From the NCBI GenBank assembly GCA_024231215.1, contig JAAEQR010000195.1, forward strand, positions 298,488-362,487: 64,000 bases of DNA, in the 5' to 3' direction. Shown one piece after another: positions 10,308 through 20,140 of the stretch (position 1 is its first letter; each line of letters begins with the position of its first letter). The notes under the pieces were generated by a model. It worked only from the letters and a program-made list of their open reading frames with translations. It had not been told where the DNA came from and did not search any database. Origin of the DNA: PVC group bacterium (GTDB lineage Bacteria; Omnitrophota; Gorgyraeia; B26-G9). Both the position numbers and the translations under genes were made by a program.

Positions 10308-11320
10308 GAAATAAATATAGGGTTTTGCAGGTTTTTGATACTCCTTATACTACGGCTCGGGATTATGATTTCGCTACTGAGTTCCAGGAGTTTGACTGGA
10401 TGACTGAAGATGATGTATATACCACGCTTTGCGATAATGGTCATGACGTAAGGCTTTTAGGAATTCACAATGATATTAATCCGCTGATAGAAGAAATAAA
10501 AAAATTTAAGCCGGATGTTGTGTTTAATCTTACTGAAGTTTTTAATCAGAAGACTTATCTGGATAAAAATTTTGCCGGAGTTCTGGAAATGCTGGAGATA
10601 CCCTATACTGGGGCTTCTCCGGATGCTTTGTTGATTTGTAATAATAAAGCTTTAAGTAAAAAGATATTGAGTTTTCATAAAATAAGAGGGCCTAAATTCT
10701 ATGTTTTTTATCGGAGCAAAAAGGTTTGGCTTCCGAAGAAATTAAAATTACCTTTGATCGTAAAGCCTTTATCCGAGGAGGGGTCGCGTGGGATTGCGTT
10801 GGCTTCAGTTGTGGATAATGAAGAAGCGTTTTTAGAAAGAGTTAACTTTATCCATGAAAAGATGAATAGTGATGCAATTGTAGAGGAATATATTGAGGGC
10901 AGGGAATTGTATGTTAGTGTGCTTGGTAATAAGAAAATCAGGGTTTTACCGCCACGGGAAGTTAAGTTTGGAAATATTCCCGATGACGAGCCGCGCATTG
11001 CCACTTATAAGGCTAAATGGGATTTTAAGTATCGGGAAAAATGGGGAATAAAAAATGAATTTGCCGGGAAACTGCCTAATGGTGCGGCAAAGAAGATTGA
11101 AGATGTGTGTAAGCGTGCTTATCGGGCATTAAATATGCATTGTTATGCTCGTTTTGATATACGGCTAACCCCAGATGGTAAGGTTTATATAATTGAAGCT
11201 AATGCTAATCCTTGTTTAGCCCACAATGATGAAGTAGGCCAGTCTGCAGAAAAGGCAGGAATTTCATATAATAAACTTCTAAATCAGATTATTTCTCTTG
11301 CTTTTCGCAGAAAAAGATAA
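10304..11320 (+). CDS. ATP-grasp ligase, D-Ala-D-Ala ligase-like paralogue
   Basis: IPYTG, PLIVKP..EGS.GI, VEEYIEGRE, YARFDIR, IEANANP; overlaps peptidase stop. Confidence 0.85.
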   Translation: MRNKYRVLQVFDTPYTTARDYDFATEFQEFDWMTEDDVYTTLCDNGHDVRLLGIHNDINPLIEEIKKFKPDVVFNLTEVFNQKTYLDKNFAGVLEMLEIPYTGASPDALLICNNKALSKKILSFHKIRGPKFYVFYRSKKVWLPKKLKLPLIVKPLSEEGSRGIALASVVDNEEAFLERVNFIHEKMNSDAIVEEYIEGRELYVSVLGNKKIRVLPPREVKFGNIPDDEPRIATYKAKWDFKYREKWGIKNEFAGKLPNGAAKKIEDVCKRAYRALNMHCYARFDIRLTPDGKVYIIEANANPCLAHNDEVGQSAEKAGISYNKLLNQIISLAFRRKR

Positions 11321-11490
11321 TGAAGTGAAAAAAATAACATATTCATAGATTATCTTGTAATATTTGATAGGGAGCTTGACATAGCATCTATAGTTATATA
11401 ATATAGTATTATATAATTGGGATAAAGTAGAATTAGAATGTGGTAATATGGTTATTAACTGGTTTATAAAAAGGTGAAAATGGGATTAAG

Positions 11491-11865
11491 ATGAAAAAAA
11501 TATTAGTGGTTGATGATGAACATGATATGGTTACAATTTTAAAAGCAAGGTTAGAAAAAAGAGGATTTGCAGTGGTATCTGCTTATGATGGAGCAGAGGG
11601 GCTGGAAAAGATAGATGAAGAAAATCCGGATTTGATTATTCTGGATATTATAATGCCTAAGATGGATGGTTACACGGTTATAAAAGAGTTAAAAAAACGG
11701 TCAATGAAAGAGGGAAGTTCTTTAATTCCTGTCATAGTTCTTACCGCAAAAGATAAGATGCAGGATCTTTTTGCGATGGAAGGTGTAACAGATTATATTA
11801 TTAAGCCGTTTGAAGTGCCTGAGCTTTTGGATAAAATCAATAAATTGATCGGGGAAGCTAAATAG
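11491..11865 (+). CDS. Single-domain response regulator
   Basis: ILVVDDE, LDIIMP, TA, KPF receiver motifs. Confidence 0.92.
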   Translation: MKKILVVDDEHDMVTILKARLEKRGFAVVSAYDGAEGLEKIDEENPDLIILDIIMPKMDGYTVIKELKKRSMKEGSSLIPVIVLTAKDKMQDLFAMEGVTDYIIKPFEVPELLDKINKLIGEAK

Positions 11866-11867
11866 AT

Positions 11868-12236
11868 ATGAAGAAAAAGATATTAATTGTTGATGATGAA
11901 GCAGATCTGGTGAAAGTAGTAAAGATGAGGCTTAAGGTATCAGGCTATGAACCATTGACTGCCACTTCTGGGGCGGAAGGGCTGGAAGTAGCTAAAAAAG
12001 AAACACCGGATCTTATACTTTTGGATGTTTCTATGCCGGAGATGGATGGTTATCAAACTTTAGAAAAGATTAAAGCCGATTCTCAGTTGGCGGATATTCC
12101 CGTCATTATGTTTACGGCACATAGTCAGGCTGATGATATTGCTAATGCGGCGCAGTTAGGGGCGGTCGATTATATTGTAAAGCCGTTTAATCATTTGACC
12201 TTACTAGAAAAAGTCCGTACGTGGTTAACTCGGTAA
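11868..12236 (+). CDS. Single-domain response regulator
   Basis: ILIVDDE, LDVSMP, KPF receiver motifs. Confidence 0.92.
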   Translation: MKKKILIVDDEADLVKVVKMRLKVSGYEPLTATSGAEGLEVAKKETPDLILLDVSMPEMDGYQTLEKIKADSQLADIPVIMFTAHSQADDIANAAQLGAVDYIVKPFNHLTLLEKVRTWLTR

Positions 12237-12254
12237 TACGAGATAGGGGACTGC

Positions 12255-13961
12255 ATGTCTGAAAAAACAACCAAATTGATTGATGTTTTATTGTCTGATA
12301 AATTAATTACTCAAGCTCAATTAGATGAAGCCTGGGCAGAACATAAAAAAAGTGGTACTTCAATCCATAAGATATTGGTCAATAGAGGTTATCTTAGTTC
12401 AGAGCAGCTGGCTTTGATCCTCTCACAAGAATTAGATATCCCATATGTAACCTTAGCCGGGCAAAAGCTTGATCCTCAGGTAATAAAAATGCTACCGGAA
12501 GATGTAGCTCGTAAATATAAAGCGATTCCGGTTATGCTTGAGGAAGACAGTTTGTATGTGGCTTTTGTTTGGCCTTTAAACCTGCCTGTAAGAGATGAAA
12601 TAAAGTTGATTATCGGATGCAATATATCCCCCATGGTTGCCACAGAAAAAGATATCGATCAAGCGATAAATCAGTATTACAGTGTGGAAGACAGCAGTAA
12701 ACAGGTTTTGACTGATTTACGCATGCAGCAGCATAAAGAACAGCAGGAAGATGGAGATATCATATCTGTTGAGGATGAGATCGGAAAATTAGAAGATATT
12801 CCGGTGGTTCGCTTATTAAATACGATTATCAACGGAGCAATAAATATGAAGGCTAGTGATATTCATCTTGAACCGCAGGACCCAGAAATGAAAGTTCGTT
12901 ACCGGGTAGATGGTATTTTACGGGATGTTATGAGCATTCCCCGGCATATTGAACCAGCCATGCTTTCCCGAATTAAGGTGATGGCTAATTTAGATATTGC
13001 GGAAAAACGCCGTTCCCAGGACGGCCATATTAATATAAAAAAAGAAGGACAAGAATATGATTTGAGAGTTTCTACATTACTCACAGTTAACGGTGAGAAA
13101 GTAGTAATGAGGATTCTGGATAGAAGCAGTGCGTTGATTAGTTTGCTTCAGATGGGTTTAAATCCGGAAGAAGAACAATTAGTTAGCACAATGATCAATA
13201 AGCCTTATGGAATGATTTTAGTTACCGGACCTACGGGGAGTGGTAAAACAACTACTTTGTACGCAATACTTAATCAATTGAACGATTCAATCAGAAATAT
13301 TATTACAATAGAAAATCCGGTGGAATATAATATAGCGGGAATAAATCAAATCCAGGTGGATCCGGCGATTGATATGACATTTTCTGCAGGATTAAAAACT
13401 ATACTGCGGCAGGATCCTGACATAATCATGGTTGGAGAAATAAGAGATAAAGAGACCGCGGAGATTGCGATTCAGGCGGCATTAACCGGTCATTTGGTAC
13501 TGAGCACTTTACATACAAACGATGCTCCCCGAGCGGTAACGAGGCTTATAGATATGGGCGTTGAACCGTTTTTGATTTCATCTACCGTGATTGGAACAAT
13601 TGCGCAAAGATTATGCCGCAGGATTTGTCCTGAATGCAAATCAGAAATCAAACCTTGTAAAGAAGAATTGCAGAAAATAGGAGTGGCTAAAACAGATTCT
13701 GAAGTGAAATTTTTTCAGGGAAAAGGCTGTGATTATTGTTATCAGACTGGGTATCGGGGAAGAACGGGTATTTTTGAGATCATGCCTGTTAGTGATGGAA
13801 TTAGTAAGCTTATTGTTAAGGGCCGGCCGGCCTCGGAAATTAAAGCTCAAGCAATACAGGCAGGGATGAAGACTTTAAAAGAAAATGGACGCAGAAAAAT
13901 TCTTGAAGGAATTTCTACGCTTGAAGAAGTTGAGCGGGTTGTATATGTTGAGGATGATTGA
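12255..13961 (+). CDS. pilB: Type IV pilus/T2SS assembly ATPase (PilB/GspE)
   Basis: ASDIHLEP, GPTGSGKTT, LRQDPDIIMVGEIRD, TGHLVLSTLH, CxxC...CxxC; N-terminal MshEN-like domain. Confidence 0.93.
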   Translation: MSEKTTKLIDVLLSDKLITQAQLDEAWAEHKKSGTSIHKILVNRGYLSSEQLALILSQELDIPYVTLAGQKLDPQVIKMLPEDVARKYKAIPVMLEEDSLYVAFVWPLNLPVRDEIKLIIGCNISPMVATEKDIDQAINQYYSVEDSSKQVLTDLRMQQHKEQQEDGDIISVEDEIGKLEDIPVVRLLNTIINGAINMKASDIHLEPQDPEMKVRYRVDGILRDVMSIPRHIEPAMLSRIKVMANLDIAEKRRSQDGHINIKKEGQEYDLRVSTLLTVNGEKVVMRILDRSSALISLLQMGLNPEEEQLVSTMINKPYGMILVTGPTGSGKTTTLYAILNQLNDSIRNIITIENPVEYNIAGINQIQVDPAIDMTFSAGLKTILRQDPDIIMVGEIRDKETAEIAIQAALTGHLVLSTLHTNDAPRAVTRLIDMGVEPFLISSTVIGTIAQRLCRRICPECKSEIKPCKEELQKIGVAKTDSEVKFFQGKGCDYCYQTGYRGRTGIFEIMPVSDGISKLIVKGRPASEIKAQAIQAGMKTLKENGRRKILEGISTLEEVERVVYVEDD

Positions 13962-13963
13962 CA

Positions 13964-15166
13964 ATGGCGATTTTTAAATACACGGCTAAAGATAGTTCAG
14001 GGAAAATTTATCAGGGGGCACTAGAGGCTCGGGATGAGCAAGTTCTGCGTAGCCGGCTTAAAGAAAGCGGATTTTATGTTACTTCTTTGAAAAAAAAGAT
14101 GGGGTTTTCTTTTGATCCAAAAGAACCGAAAGTAAAATTAGATGATTTAGTATCTTTTGGCCAGCAATTTGCCGGTATGTTGGGGGCGGGATTGCCGATT
14201 ATTCGTTGTTTAAGAGCTTTGGAGAAGCAATCGGAAAATCTGGGGTTAAAAAGAATATCGAGGGATTTAAGGCTTGATATTGAAGGAGGGGCTGCGTTAT
14301 CTGAAGCACTGGCAAAACACCCACAGGTATTTTCAGACTTTTTTGTCAGTCTTATTCAGGCCGGGGAAAAAGCCGGGATGATGGATAAGGTTTGGGATCG
14401 GCTGGCTGCTTATCTGGAAAAACAACAGGATTTAATCCGAAAGGTAAAAGGTGCTTTTGCTTATCCGGTAATTGTTGGCATTATTGCTTTTTGTGTAATG
14501 ACTTTTTTAGTATTAGTAATTGTTCCCATATTTAAGGATGTTTATGATCGGATTAATGTTCCGTTGCCCGGGCCGACAGTGGCTTTGATTGCTTTAAGTA
14601 ATTTTAGTCGTAAATTCTGGTGGGTAATATTACTTGCTGGTGCTGGGGTGGGTATTCTCTTCCGGAAAATTAAAAAGATTTCTAAGATCAGAAAAGGGTT
14701 AGATCATTTTAAAATAAATATGCCGATTTTTGGAACCCTTATTCGTAAGGCATCAATAGCTCGTTTTATTCGTACATTTGCCGATATGCTGGATAGTGGA
14801 GTTGGTATATTAGAGTCTATAGATGTGGCTGGAAAAGTGGCCGGGAATAAAGCGGTTTTAGAATTAGTCGATAAGATGAGAGATAGTGTTAGGCAGGGAG
14901 GCAACCTTAGTGATTCTTTGCAGAAGCAAACTATATTCCCTGCTTCAGCTGTACAGATGATTTCAGCGGGGGAAGAAAGTGGCAACCTGCCGTATATGCT
15001 GCAAAAAAGTGCGGATACCTTAGAACGGGATGTGGATATAGCGGTAAAGCGTTTGATGATAAAAATAGAACCGTTATTGACGATGTTGTTAGCAATTTTG
15101 ATTGGATTTATTGCGATGGCTATTTATTTGCCGATGTTTGATTTAATTAAACAGATAAATGCGTGA
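13964..15166 (+). CDS. pilC: Type IV pilus/T2SS inner-membrane platform protein (PilC/GspF)
   Basis: AGE.AG, AYP, AGEESG.L, IEP and AIYLPMF motifs. Confidence 0.93.
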   Translation: MAIFKYTAKDSSGKIYQGALEARDEQVLRSRLKESGFYVTSLKKKMGFSFDPKEPKVKLDDLVSFGQQFAGMLGAGLPIIRCLRALEKQSENLGLKRISRDLRLDIEGGAALSEALAKHPQVFSDFFVSLIQAGEKAGMMDKVWDRLAAYLEKQQDLIRKVKGAFAYPVIVGIIAFCVMTFLVLVIVPIFKDVYDRINVPLPGPTVALIALSNFSRKFWWVILLAGAGVGILFRKIKKISKIRKGLDHFKINMPIFGTLIRKASIARFIRTFADMLDSGVGILESIDVAGKVAGNKAVLELVDKMRDSVRQGGNLSDSLQKQTIFPASAVQMISAGEESGNLPYMLQKSADTLERDVDIAVKRLMIKIEPLLTMLLAILIGFIAMAIYLPMFDLIKQINA

Positions 15167-15201
15167 TGATTATTGAAGGGGGGGGGTAAATAGGAATGTC
15201 T

Positions 15202-15225
15202 GTAGGGAACGGGCTAGCCCGTTCC
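15202..15225 (+). repeat. REP-like palindrome
   Basis: GTAG followed by the perfect 20-bp palindrome GGAACGGGCTAGCCCGTTCC, intergenic. Confidence 0.6.
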
Positions 15226-15265
15226 GTTATAAAGCAATTAAAACAAAAAGAAAGGGGTTATTGTT

Positions 15266-15586
15266 ATGAAGAAGGGGTTTACATTGTTGGAAATACTTTT
15301 TGTAGTTGTAGTTATTGCTATTTTAGCAGCAATTGCTATTCCGAGAATTGTTACTACCAGTGCTACAGCTAAGACTAATGCCTGTAAAGCTAATCAGGCG
15401 ATTATGAATACCCAGATAGAACAATATCAGCTAGATCAAGGCAGCTGGCCGGGGACATTGGCGACAGTTACAAATAATGCCAGTTATTTTCCGGATGGCG
15501 CACCGACATGTCCTGCCGGAGCATTTGCTAATTTTGCGATGAGCGGAACTACTTACAGGGTGAGCTGTAATACCAGCGGGCATTAA
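15266..15586 (+). CDS. Type IV pilin, probable major pilin/pseudopilin
   Basis: KKG|FTLLE class III signal, IAIP, three Cys. Confidence 0.9.
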   Translation: MKKGFTLLEILFVVVVIAILAAIAIPRIVTTSATAKTNACKANQAIMNTQIEQYQLDQGSWPGTLATVTNNASYFPDGAPTCPAGAFANFAMSGTTYRVSCNTSGH

Positions 15587-15590
15587 TATA

Positions 15591-16025
15591 GTGTTGCGAA
15601 ACAAAGGTTTTACGCTGATAGAATTATTGTTTGTTGTGTTGATTCTGGGGATATTGTCCGGAATTGCTTTATTCCGGCCTGGGCTTGATTTTGTGAGAGA
15701 AACAAAAGTCAGGACTACAGCTCAGCGCTTGGTTTCTGATTTGCGTCTTGCCAGGAGACTGGCAATTACCAATAACGAGAATTATAAGCTTACTGTTTAT
15801 CGAAGACAGTTAGAATATAAGATTTTTGATTCTAATAATAATCAATCCGGCAGTACCAGGACTGTTTATCCAGGATTTAAATTAAAAAGACAGACAAACT
15901 TCATTTTTGAACCATTAGGGAACCTTTCCAGTTCAAGTGGAACAAGACTTTCTGTTTCTGATGGAACTACTACGTACGAGATTGCTATTATTTCTGCCAC
16001 AGGTTCGATAAGCATGGCAAAATAA
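15591..16025 (+). CDS. Minor pilin (FimT/GspH-like)
   Basis: KG|FTLIE; SDLRLARRLAI; F.PLG. Confidence 0.85.
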   Translation: MLRNKGFTLIELLFVVLILGILSGIALFRPGLDFVRETKVRTTAQRLVSDLRLARRLAITNNENYKLTVYRRQLEYKIFDSNNNQSGSTRTVYPGFKLKRQTNFIFEPLGNLSSSSGTRLSVSDGTTTYEIAIISATGSISMAK

Positions 16026-16465
16026 TGAAGCAATGTGGAACGTGTTGTATGCAATTTAAAACGAAAAATAAAAGAGAAGCTTTTACTTTAACAGAGGTTT
16101 TAGCCGGGATAGTGCTCTTAGCATTGGCTATTATTCCCATGGCTAATTATCTGACGCAAAGTTTTGTTATTAGTGTGAGGGAAGAACGGATAACCAAAAC
16201 GATTTTTTTAGCCGAAAGAAAGATGGAAGAATTAAAAGGTAAGATTATTTATGATTTTAATACTGACCGGGATGCAAAAGCTACGGCATTTACAGATCCA
16301 GGGTATGGAAATTATAAATATATAGTTGATGATCAAACTATTGCAACCAAGAAATCAGGGTTGAAACAGATCCAGGTGCAGGTATGGTATGATGAGGATG
16401 GAGATAAGGTTATAGACAGCGATGAAGAATCCGTTACACTTAATACTAAAATTGCCCAAAGATAG
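16025..16465 (+). CDS. Minor pilin (PilV/GspI-like)
   Basis: EA|FTLTE prepilin-like motif, LAERKMEELK; start uncertain. Confidence 0.8.
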   Translation: MKQCGTCCMQFKTKNKREAFTLTEVLAGIVLLALAIIPMANYLTQSFVISVREERITKTIFLAERKMEELKGKIIYDFNTDRDAKATAFTDPGYGNYKYIVDDQTIATKKSGLKQIQVQVWYDEDGDKVIDSDEESVTLNTKIAQR

Positions 16466-17555
16466 AAAAGGTTTTACGATCACGGAAGTGGTGTTTGTTA
16501 TCGCGTTGATTGCGATATTGACAGTTGCTATACTGCCCTATATTAGAGTTACTCAGAAAGCCTGGAAGACTATGGACCGGAGGCAGGAAGTAATCCAGAA
16601 TTCCCGCATTGGTATGGATAAAATGACGCGTATCTTGAGGGAGATGACAGGGCTTACCAGTGTGACAGCAGCTACTGATACTAGCGGCAGAATTGTTTTT
16701 CTGGATAAGGATGGCAATGCTACGGAATTTAAAAAATATAATGTTGGTTCTGAGGCGATGTTGGGGTATGTTACCGGCGGCAAAACATATGCTTTATGCG
16801 GGCCGATTACCAGTTTGAAGTTTACTTGTTATGCGGAAGATGGTGCTACCGCAACTACAACAGTTAGTGATATTAAATCAGTAAGTGTGGAGTTGATAAT
16901 TTCAGATAGTGAGGGAGAAGTAGCAACGCAAACTATGATTTCTCAGGCTTTTGTTCGTAAGGATGCTACTGAGCCAATTGTAATCAGCGAGATTATGTAT
17001 TATCCCTGTAAAAAAACAGGTAAGGATAAAGAAGAGCAATTTGAATGGATTGAGCTTTATAATAAAGGTTCTAGCGTGGTAGATTTAAATGGGTGGAAAC
17101 TTACAAATAGTGCGGCCTCGGATACGGATACTATTTCTGCTTATGGCGGAAGCTCTACTTCATTGCCTGCCGGCGGGTATGCAGTTGTAGGTACTAAGAA
17201 TACAAAGGTATTTAATAATTTAAAGGTTAATACAAAGATTAAGCTAAAGATAAATGATAATAAGTTTGATAAAAATCAGCTGGGTAATTACGGGGATAGC
17301 GTGGTGCTGAAAAATTCAAGTAATGTAGAAATAGATAGGGTGTCATATTCATCCGGCTGGGGTGGCGGTTATGCTAAGGGAAAAGCATATTCTCTGGAAC
17401 GTAAAGATCCATCCGGTGATTCTAATGATTCTGGTAATTGGGCGGAAAATAAAAGTAAAAAAGCAAATGTAACAGTTACGTTAGGGGATAAGAATAAAGT
17501 GCTGGTAGTTTCTTTTTACTGTACTCCGGGAGTAGAAAATAGTGTGGCTGAATAA
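16422..17555 (+). CDS. Minor pilin (PilW/GspJ-like) with C-terminal lamin-tail-like domain
   Basis: KG|FTITE; VISEIMY...EWIELYN...DLNGWKL...TPG.EN lamin-tail pattern; true start may be TTG at 16452. Confidence 0.8.
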   Translation: MKNPLHLILKLPKDRKGFTITEVVFVIALIAILTVAILPYIRVTQKAWKTMDRRQEVIQNSRIGMDKMTRILREMTGLTSVTAATDTSGRIVFLDKDGNATEFKKYNVGSEAMLGYVTGGKTYALCGPITSLKFTCYAEDGATATTTVSDIKSVSVELIISDSEGEVATQTMISQAFVRKDATEPIVISEIMYYPCKKTGKDKEEQFEWIELYNKGSSVVDLNGWKLTNSAASDTDTISAYGGSSTSLPAGGYAVVGTKNTKVFNNLKVNTKIKLKINDNKFDKNQLGNYGDSVVLKNSSNVEIDRVSYSSGWGGGYAKGKAYSLERKDPSGDSNDSGNWAENKSKKANVTVTLGDKNKVLVVSFYCTPGVENSVAE

Positions 17556-17979
17556 AAAAGACAGATTACTCAACAATAATCAAAAAGGAGTGATTTTACT
17601 TCTTACGGTATTTATAATTTTTTTTATGTCTGTATTTATTGTTGGATATTTAGAGATTGCGGCTACAGAAACCGAGATTATGCGTAACCATCGCGGTTCT
17701 ACCCAGGCGCTTTATATCGCGGATGCGGGAATAGAAGATGCCTTATGGCAACTGCGGCAGAATCGCAAATGGAAAAAAGGATTTAAAAACAAGGTATTTC
17801 CCTCGGGGGAGAGTAGTAGTTATACGGTGACAATAAATAATAAGGGTTATCCAAGTGTAATTATTGCTTCTACTGGTACCGCCCCTGGTAATTATCAGCG
17901 CCAAGTTGAAATGGGGATTACAATAACTTCAACTTCCGCCCCTTGTAATCTTGTTGTGAACTATTGGAAGGAAATATGA
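17542..17979 (+). CDS. Minor pilin (PilX/GspK-like)
   Basis: QKG|VILL lacking E5; QALYIADAGIEDAL PilX N-terminal motif. Confidence 0.82.
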   Translation: MWLNKKDRLLNNNQKGVILLLTVFIIFFMSVFIVGYLEIAATETEIMRNHRGSTQALYIADAGIEDALWQLRQNRKWKKGFKNKVFPSGESSSYTVTINNKGYPSVIIASTGTAPGNYQRQVEMGITITSTSAPCNLVVNYWKEI

Positions 17980-19508
17980 AAAATAAATCACAATACTCTT
18001 TAATGAAAACACCTGCTTTGGTTGGTTTGGATATTGGGTCTGATCAAATCAAGGTTATGGGATTAACAAAGACCTTGAAGGGTTTAAGAGTTAAATATAT
18101 TGGCACTTCTATTTTGCCTTCCGGATTAATAGAAAACGGTATGGTTACAGACACCCCGAAGCTGGCAAAAATAATTCAGGATTTATTTGAATTAAAGGGA
18201 ATCGGTGATGCAAGGGTTGTTACCGCGGTCTGGGGGAGTGGGGTTTTAATGCGTGTGAGCAAGGTTCCCTTAATGTCTGATTCGGAGATAAAAGAAGCTT
18301 TAAAAGCAGAAATAAATCATTATATAATTTTTGCCGGTAGTGAAAAAATCAGTGATACTTATCGGCTTGAGCAGGTAAATGAAGAAGGTATAAAAAAGAG
18401 TAAGGTTTTATTGGGAGTGGTTCGTAAAGAGATTGTTGATTCATATGTCCAAGCGATAAGAGCGGCTGGGATTGATCTGTTGGCTATAGATATAGGTTCT
18501 TTGGCTGTTATGCGTGCCCTGTATGCAAATAGTTTGAAAGATGCCTCAAATGATCCGATAATTCTGATTATTATTGAACGCCAGATAACTAATATTTCTA
18601 TCTTAAAGCAGGGAATTGTTTCGTATTCTCATAATGCTGAAATAGAGAGTTATGATATTCTTAGAGCGGAAAATTTTTTGTCTAAATTATCTTTTGAGCT
18701 TAAGGCAGTAATTAACTATTATCAGTCAGAGTTTGGTAAGGATGTTGGAAAAGTGATAATGTCAGCAGATATGGATCAATTAGATTTATTTGTTAAAGAT
18801 ATGCAGACTAGATTTTCCGGCATAAATATAGAGAAAGGCGATTTTCTAAATGGTATTGATTATGATCAGGAAGCCTTATCCTTAGAAGAGAGAGCTGTTT
18901 TAGAGGTCTCGGCCCGGGCAATTGGTTTAGCTTTGCGTGCAGCAAGGGGTGGCGATTATCCGGTTAACCTGGATCTTTTGCCGACAGAGGAGATCAGGGC
19001 TAAAGAATTCAAGGAGCAAATCAAGAAATTTGGGATTGCTTTAGGAGTGATGTTGGGTGTGCTGTTTGTTTGTTTTATCGGGATTAAATTACAGATAAGA
19101 TCAATTGCTTTCAAAACGACGAAATTGCAGAAAGAGCTGAATGAACCTATGCCGGAGCTGAAAGAACTTTTAGGAATAGAAAAAGGCACAGATATTGCTG
19201 CTTCTGAGATTGAAAAACAAAAGGAACTTATTACTGCTGCCGATCAGAAAAAATGGGATGAGTTGTTGTCTGAGATAAAAAAAGTAGTTCCTAAAGATAT
19301 TCGCTTGACCCAGTTAAGCGATAGAGAAGGTAAAATTGTTTTTAAAGGTGAGGCAGTTTCTCAGGAGGCAGTATTTAATTTTGTGCGTAGTTTAAGAGGA
19401 TCCGGTGTTTTTCGGGGAGTAAAGTTATATTCTTCTAAGGACAAGAAGAAGTTGGGTAAGATATGTATTGATTTTGATATTCAGGCGGTGATTCCAGACG
19501 GATTATGA
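17976..19508 (+). CDS. PilM-PilN fusion (alignment complex)
   Basis: VGLDIGS actin-like PilM, AIGLALR, then LDLLP, a TM helix and PilN periplasmic domain in one frame. Confidence 0.85.
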   Translation: MKNKSQYSLMKTPALVGLDIGSDQIKVMGLTKTLKGLRVKYIGTSILPSGLIENGMVTDTPKLAKIIQDLFELKGIGDARVVTAVWGSGVLMRVSKVPLMSDSEIKEALKAEINHYIIFAGSEKISDTYRLEQVNEEGIKKSKVLLGVVRKEIVDSYVQAIRAAGIDLLAIDIGSLAVMRALYANSLKDASNDPIILIIIERQITNISILKQGIVSYSHNAEIESYDILRAENFLSKLSFELKAVINYYQSEFGKDVGKVIMSADMDQLDLFVKDMQTRFSGINIEKGDFLNGIDYDQEALSLEERAVLEVSARAIGLALRAARGGDYPVNLDLLPTEEIRAKEFKEQIKKFGIALGVMLGVLFVCFIGIKLQIRSIAFKTTKLQKELNEPMPELKELLGIEKGTDIAASEIEKQKELITAADQKKWDELLSEIKKVVPKDIRLTQLSDREGKIVFKGEAVSQEAVFNFVRSLRGSGVFRGVKLYSSKDKKKLGKICIDFDIQAVIPDGL

Positions 19509-20140
19509 AAAACAATTTTTTGAAAATTACATTTAAGTTCATGTCTAATTTGAAACTAGCGGAAAAAATGATTATTGCGTTGGTGATCATGCTTTTGCTG
19601 GGATATTTAGGATATCAGGTGTTTTTGTCTTCTTTGGTTGTTAACTTGATTTCCGTAAAAAAACAACTATCAGTGCAAGACAATTTTTTAAGCCAGAAAA
19701 AACAAAAGATTCGACGGTTGAGGATCATTAACGAGAGATATAAAGAACTTCAAAGTAACTTGGTAAATAATAATGAAAAGTTTTTCAGTGATGAACAATC
19801 GATGGATTTCTTGAAAGGACTTAATAAATTGGTAGAGAGTAAAACTAATAATGATTTGATGATGATCCAGCCGATAGGAGAAGAATTATTTTTCCCTTCC
19901 GATTGGAAAAAGAATAGTGATGTTTATAAGAGTTCGGATATCCAGATAGAGATAACTGGTCAATTTAGCACTATAAAAAATCTTTTCCAACAATTGTATT
20001 CTTTAGGAAAATTAATGAGTATAAAAGAGTTAGATATTCAGATTCAAGAGGAAGAACCGTTGTTGTTAAAAGCTGACTTTGTTTTAAAGATGTATCTTCT
20101 GGGGCAGGGTACAGGGATTGAGGGTGATGAGAAAAAGTAG
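19505..20140 (+). CDS. PilO-like protein
   Basis: TM helix, coiled coil, I.G.F..I..LF..L..L.KL pattern; follows pilMN. Confidence 0.75.
   Translation: MKNNFLKITFKFMSNLKLAEKMIIALVIMLLLGYLGYQVFLSSLVVNLISVKKQLSVQDNFLSQKKQKIRRLRIINERYKELQSNLVNNNEKFFSDEQSMDFLKGLNKLVESKTNNDLMMIQPIGEELFFPSDWKKNSDVYKSSDIQIEITGQFSTIKNLFQQLYSLGKLMSIKELDIQIQEEEPLLLKADFVLKMYLLGQGTGIEGDEKK

Noticed and set aside
11417-11439. TTGG.ATAA..TAGAAT similarity with 61696..61720, both upstream of response-regulator genes
   Set aside because: Very AT-rich and gapped; cannot be told from chance
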